Shown piece by piece: positions 59,977 to 64,000 of a DNA stretch of 64,000 bases. The stretch is from an uncultured delta proteobacterium (GTDB lineage: Bacteria > Desulfobacterota > Desulfobaccia > Desulfobaccales > 0-14-0-80-60-11): positions 224,001 through 288,000 of the forward strand of contig CAWETI010000002.1 in NCBI GenBank assembly GCA_963812015.1. Reading direction: 5' to 3'. The notes beneath the pieces were generated by a model. That model did not search any database, was not told the DNA's origin, and was given only the letters and a program-made list of their open reading frames with translations. The position numbers and the translations under genes were made by a program. How positions within the stretch are numbered: the first letter of the stretch is position 1; every line of letters starts with the position of its first letter.

Positions 59977-60498
59977 ATGGAAAAACCGCTGAGGCTGTCG
60001 GATTTGGACAAAAAGGTGATCCTGGCCCTGCAACGGGACCTGGAGATCTGCCCCCGCCCGTTTCTGGAGGTGGCGGAGCAGTTGGGGATCGGGGAAGAGG
60101 CCTTGCTGGCCGCCATCCGGAGCCTGATGGACCGGAGCTACATCCGGCGGTTCGGGGCCACCCTGCGCCACCAGCAGTCAGGCTACGAGGCCAACGCCCT
60201 GGTGGCCTGGGCGGTGCCCGAGGCCGACCTCAAACGCATCGGCCGGCATCTGGCCGGGCAAAGGGCCGTGACCCACTGTTATGCCCGCCGGCCGGCGCCC
60301 TCCTGGCCGTATACCCTCTACACCATGATTCATAGCCACACCCCGGACGATTGCGTCAAGATCGCGGCCAAGATGGCGGCGGAGACCGGCATCCACGACT
60401 ACGAGTTGCTGTTCAGCGAGACCGAACTGAAAAAGACCACCATGCGGTATTTCAAGGAAGGGGAGGCGCCACCCAACCCTGAAGGGGCTGATCGTTGA
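59977..60498 (+). CDS. ahbB: Siroheme decarboxylase subunit (AhbB/NirH-like, Lrp/AsnC fold)
   Basis: RPF..VAE.LG, IRRFGATLRHQ..GY.ANALVAW, THCY.R, WPY.LYTMIH; next to hemL. Confidence 0.85.
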   Translation: MEKPLRLSDLDKKVILALQRDLEICPRPFLEVAEQLGIGEEALLAAIRSLMDRSYIRRFGATLRHQQSGYEANALVAWAVPEADLKRIGRHLAGQRAVTHCYARRPAPSWPYTLYTMIHSHTPDDCVKIAAKMAAETGIHDYELLFSETELKKTTMRYFKEGEAPPNPEGADR

Positions 60499-60515
60499 GA
60501 GTTTTGAGAACTCCT

Positions 60516-60687
60516 GGGGGAGGAAGGGCAGGGGCTTTTTCATATTTTTCATAAGTTTTCGTAGTTTTCGTAGTTTTCGTAAGGGTTCCTGCCCCCCCCC
60601 AAACCCTCTCCCCCAACCCACCTATGGGGGAGTCTGAGGGGAGGGTGGGGGACTTGACTTACAAAAAACCCCCCGGTCCTCCCCTCA
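60516..60687. repeat. Family A element with an internal 9-nt tandem expansion
   Basis: (TTTTTCATA)2(AGTTTTCGT)3 inside; ends CCGGTCCTCCCCTCA. Confidence 0.7.
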
Positions 60688-60711
60688 TTATTTAGATTCA
60701 GGAGGCCACTA

Positions 60712-62001
60712 ATGGCACCATGCGAGAAGTCCGAAGAGCTGTTTAAAGCCGCCAGCGAACTCATGCCCGGCGGGGTCAATAGTCCGGTGCGGGCCTGGCA
60801 GGCCGTGGGGCTTACTCCCCGGATCATCGTGAAAGGGGCGGGGGCCCGGGTCTTTGACGTGGACGGCAACTCCTACCTGGATTACGTGGGCTCCTGGGGG
60901 CCCTTGATCCTGGGCCACGCCGCACCTTCGGTGGTGGCGGCGGTGCAGGCGGCGGCGGCCCGGGGCACCAGCTTCGGGGCCCCCACGCCGGGAGAACTTG
61001 ACCTGGCCCGGGTTTTGACCGCGGCGGTGCCGGGGCTTTCCATGGTGCGCTTGGTCAACTCCGGTACGGAAGCCTGTATGAGCGCCCTGAGACTGGCCCG
61101 GGGCGCCACCGGCCGTCCCCGGGTGATCAAGTTCGACGGCTGCTACCACGGCCATGCCGACTCTTTCCTGGTGGCCGCGGGCAGCGGGGTCCTCACCCAC
61201 GCCATCCCCGGCAGTCCCGGGGTGCCCCCGGAGATCGCCGAATTGACCGTCTCCCTGCCCTACAACGACCTGGAGGCGGTGCGCCGGGCGGCGGGGCGGT
61301 ATCAGGGAGAGCTCGCGGCCATCATCGTGGAGCCGGTGGCCGGCAACATGGGAGTGGTGCCGCCTGAGGCGGGTTTTCTGGAGGGCCTCCGGGAGGTGTG
61401 CGACCAGGAAGGAATCATCCTGATTTTCGATGAGGTCATCACCGGTTTCCGGGTGGGCTGGGGGGGCGCCCAGGTGCGTTATAAGGTTATGCCGGACCTC
61501 ACCTGCCTGGGCAAGATCATCGGCGGCGGCCTGCCGGTGGGCGCTTACGGCGGCCGGCGGGACTTGATGGCCCAGATGGCCCCCAGCGGCCCCATTTATC
61601 AAGCCGGGACCCTGTCGGGAAACCCGGTGGCGGTGGCCGCGGGTCTGGCAACCCTGGAGGAGCTTGAAAACCCCGACACCTATGCGTCCTTGGAGGAGAA
61701 AGGCGACTGGCTGGCTCGTGAGTTGACCCACGCCGCCCATCGCCAGGGGGTGATAACGACCATCAACCGGGTGGGGTCCATGCTCACGCTCTTTTTTACC
61801 GGGTCTCCGGTAAGGAATCTGGAGGAGGCCAAGAAATCCGACCTGGGGCAGTTCCGGCAGTTCTTCCAGGGGATGCTCGAAGCCGGGGTTTTGCTGCCGC
61901 CCTCACAATTTGAGGCCTTCTTTGTTTCCCGGGCCCATACGCCGGCAGACCTGGAATATACCGTGGCTGCGGCGGAGCGGGTCTGGAGGACATGGCGGTA
62001 G
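60712..62001 (+). CDS. hemL: Glutamate-1-semialdehyde 2,1-aminomutase
   Basis: PGGVNSPVRA, NSGTEA, FDEVITGFR, GKIIGGGLP, AGTLSGNP. Confidence 0.97.
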   Translation: MAPCEKSEELFKAASELMPGGVNSPVRAWQAVGLTPRIIVKGAGARVFDVDGNSYLDYVGSWGPLILGHAAPSVVAAVQAAAARGTSFGAPTPGELDLARVLTAAVPGLSMVRLVNSGTEACMSALRLARGATGRPRVIKFDGCYHGHADSFLVAAGSGVLTHAIPGSPGVPPEIAELTVSLPYNDLEAVRRAAGRYQGELAAIIVEPVAGNMGVVPPEAGFLEGLREVCDQEGIILIFDEVITGFRVGWGGAQVRYKVMPDLTCLGKIIGGGLPVGAYGGRRDLMAQMAPSGPIYQAGTLSGNPVAVAAGLATLEELENPDTYASLEEKGDWLARELTHAAHRQGVITTINRVGSMLTLFFTGSPVRNLEEAKKSDLGQFRQFFQGMLEAGVLLPPSQFEAFFVSRAHTPADLEYTVAAAERVWRTWR

Positions 62002-62358
62002 TAATCACCCCGCAGTCCGACGACGACTGCCCCCACCCTCCCCGAGCCCTCCTTAATCCCTTAATAAGGGGGGTGCGCCAACGACATCTCCCCCGGATAA
62101 TCTATGGGCTTTAGGGCGCACCGGGTGCGCCATCTCACCGTCGGCCGCGACCGGCCCCAGCCCCCTATGCCGGTCGCGGCGGATTAGGTTTTCCCTGGTT
62201 ACATGGGGTGAAGCACCCCTGAGATGGGGAGAATTCCCCTTAAAGGGGCAATAACTTAACCCCAAGGGGGCGGGGCCCGGTTTGTGAAAAGTTTCATATT
62301 CCCAATGATTTTAGTCATTTTCATTGACTGTCGAATTATTTCATGCCTATCATGTGCT

Positions 62359-62374
62359 TGGCAGGCACCTTGCA
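62359..62374 (+). promoter_or_regulatory. Putative sigma-54 promoter
   Basis: TGGCAGGCACCTTGCA versus consensus TGGCACGN4TTGCW, one mismatch. Confidence 0.65.
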
Positions 62375-62502
62375 CTCTTCAACACGATATAAAACTTTCC
62401 CGAGAAGGAGGTGGGGGTCGAGTAGCAGGGAAACCGAATTGGCACTCCTTAACCAAATAACCCGCAAGTTTTTATCATCTTATTATCTTCAGGAGGGATC
62501 TC

Positions 62503-63792
62503 ATGGCAGATACAGTTCCAGGAAAAGCATGGGTAGTTGTCTTTGCGGGCACCGCCGTCAACCTCTGTTTGGGTATCTTGTATGCGTGGAGCGTTTGGAC
62601 CAAATCCCTGATCGACGTCAAACTGGCCGGGCAGCCGATTACCGAGGGCTTGAATGCCGGTTGGACGTATCTGACCAACGCCGAAGCTGCTACGCCATTT
62701 TCGTTGTGCGTCATTATCTTTGCCTTATTGATGATCCCTGGAGGCCGTATCCAGGATAAATACGGGCCCAAGCTGGGTGCCATCGTCGGCGGTCTCTTTT
62801 TGGCGGTGGGATGCATCATCGCCGGTCTGACCAAGAGTTATGGCGGCCTGATCGTCGGCTTCGGCATCTTCGGCGGCATCGGCATGGGCATCGGTTATGC
62901 CGCGCCCACGCCGGCAGCGCTGTCCTGGTTCGGCCCTCACAAACGTGGCTTGGTCGCCGGTTTGGTGGTGGGCGGCTACGGCGGTGCAGCCCTCTATATC
63001 TCGCCTCTGGCAGCTTATCTGATCGGCCACGGCGGCGTAACTTACAGCTTCGTGTTCCTGGGTATCTTCTTTGCCGCAGTCGTCATCGTTGCCGGCAGTT
63101 TGCTGGCCAAGGCGCCTCCGGGTTATGTGGCCCCGTCGGCAGTGGTTAAGGCAGGCGCGGCCCCGGCCAAGGCCGCGGGCACCATCATCGACTGGGCTCC
63201 CAGCGAAATTCTCAAGAGCTGGCAGTGTTATGCCCTGATCCTGATGTTCATCGGCACCACCCAGTCGGGTCTGCTGATCATCGGTAATGCCGCCGGTATT
63301 CTAGCCACCGCCGCCAAAGGCGTCCCCTTCCTGGTGGCCAACGCCTGGATCCTGGTCTCTTATGGCGGCTTGGTCAATGCCTTGGGCCGGGTGGGCACCG
63401 GCATTTACTCCGATAAGATCGGCCGGGACAACGCCTACACCATCAACTGCCTGGTGTCGGCCGTTTGTCTTTTCCTGCTGCCTTCCATCATCGCCAGCCA
63501 TAACGTCTTCTTACTGTTCCTGGCGGTTGGTATCGCTTACTGGCAGTACGGCGGCGGCTTGTCCCTGATGCCCGCGTTTACCGCTGACTTTTTCGGCCCC
63601 AAAAACCTGGGCATGAACTACGGCATCGTGTTCCTGGGGTGGGGTCTCGGCTTCTTCATGACCCGTTTGGGCGGTTCCATTAAAGACTGGACCGGCACCC
63701 TGACCTGGGCCTTCATCCTGTCGGCCATCGTGCTGATTATCGCGGTGGTTATCGCCCGGGTCACCAAGCGGCCCATGCACGCCACTGAATAG
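62503..63792 (+). CDS. MFS transporter, oxalate/formate antiporter (OFA) family
   Basis: G..YAWSV, GGRIQDKYGP, GIGMGIGY, WF..KRGL..G, FFGPKN.G.NYG. Confidence 0.9.
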   Translation: MADTVPGKAWVVVFAGTAVNLCLGILYAWSVWTKSLIDVKLAGQPITEGLNAGWTYLTNAEAATPFSLCVIIFALLMIPGGRIQDKYGPKLGAIVGGLFLAVGCIIAGLTKSYGGLIVGFGIFGGIGMGIGYAAPTPAALSWFGPHKRGLVAGLVVGGYGGAALYISPLAAYLIGHGGVTYSFVFLGIFFAAVVIVAGSLLAKAPPGYVAPSAVVKAGAAPAKAAGTIIDWAPSEILKSWQCYALILMFIGTTQSGLLIIGNAAGILATAAKGVPFLVANAWILVSYGGLVNALGRVGTGIYSDKIGRDNAYTINCLVSAVCLFLLPSIIASHNVFLLFLAVGIAYWQYGGGLSLMPAFTADFFGPKNLGMNYGIVFLGWGLGFFMTRLGGSIKDWTGTLTWAFILSAIVLIIAVVIARVTKRPMHATE

Positions 63793-63873
63793 GGTTAACT
63801 TCTGCACCCGGCTTTACCTGCGCCCAGCCGATTAAGCTAACCTCTAAGGAACAGGCAAATCTGGGTCCATCTT

Positions 63874-63903
63874 AAGAAGGCAGGGAGGCATCCCTGCCTT
63901 CTT
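63874..63903 (+). terminator. Hairpin / possible terminator after the MFS gene
   Basis: AAGAAGGCAGGGA-GGCA-TCCCTGCCTTCTT. Confidence 0.6.
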
Positions 63904-63930
63904 CACGTTCTCAGAGGATAAAAATTATCC

Positions 63931-64000
63931 ATGACTCCTAATACTGCCTGGCCGGTGCCGTTCATCATTACTCCCCAGAATCTGGCCATTGACGCCGTGA
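63931..64000 (+). CDS. Possible 5' end of a gene running off the right edge
   Basis: GAGG upstream; open frame MTPNTAWPVPFIITPQNLAIDAV. Confidence 0.35.
   Translation, partial: MTPNTAWPVPFIITPQNLAIDAV

Overview
High-GC chromosomal window from what looks like an anaerobic deltaproteobacterium (Desulfobacterota; a Desulfobacca-like organism is my inference from gene content). Most of it is housekeeping: hpt, ppx/gppA, guaB, purM, panC-panD-metK-ahcY, pyrG-kdsA-kdsC, lptCAB-rpoN-hpf-ptsN-rapZ, rsmA, slyD, fabF, ahbB-hemL. Signalling genes, short AT-richer islets and several families of intergenic palindromic repeats are interspersed. I saw no rRNA, tRNA, CRISPR array, transposase or integrase. 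Most interesting: (1) a three-gene unit of hybrid kinase, single-domain receiver and a class III cyclase with two tandem DHp-like repeats and Cya2-like (possibly GTP-preferring) specificity residues; (2) an apparently intact cobalamin riboswitch with promoter and terminator but no B12 gene downstream, only a structured non-coding stretch and a copZ-like gene; (3) tandem FixL-like heme-PAS kinases differing at the distal Arg; (4) an XRE + ImmA/IrrE islet with two tandem 19-bp operators and an HExxH-to-HExxN change; (5) an orphan mvhD preceded by a likely hdrA 3' remnant. All calls are by-eye motif recognition; no searches were run.
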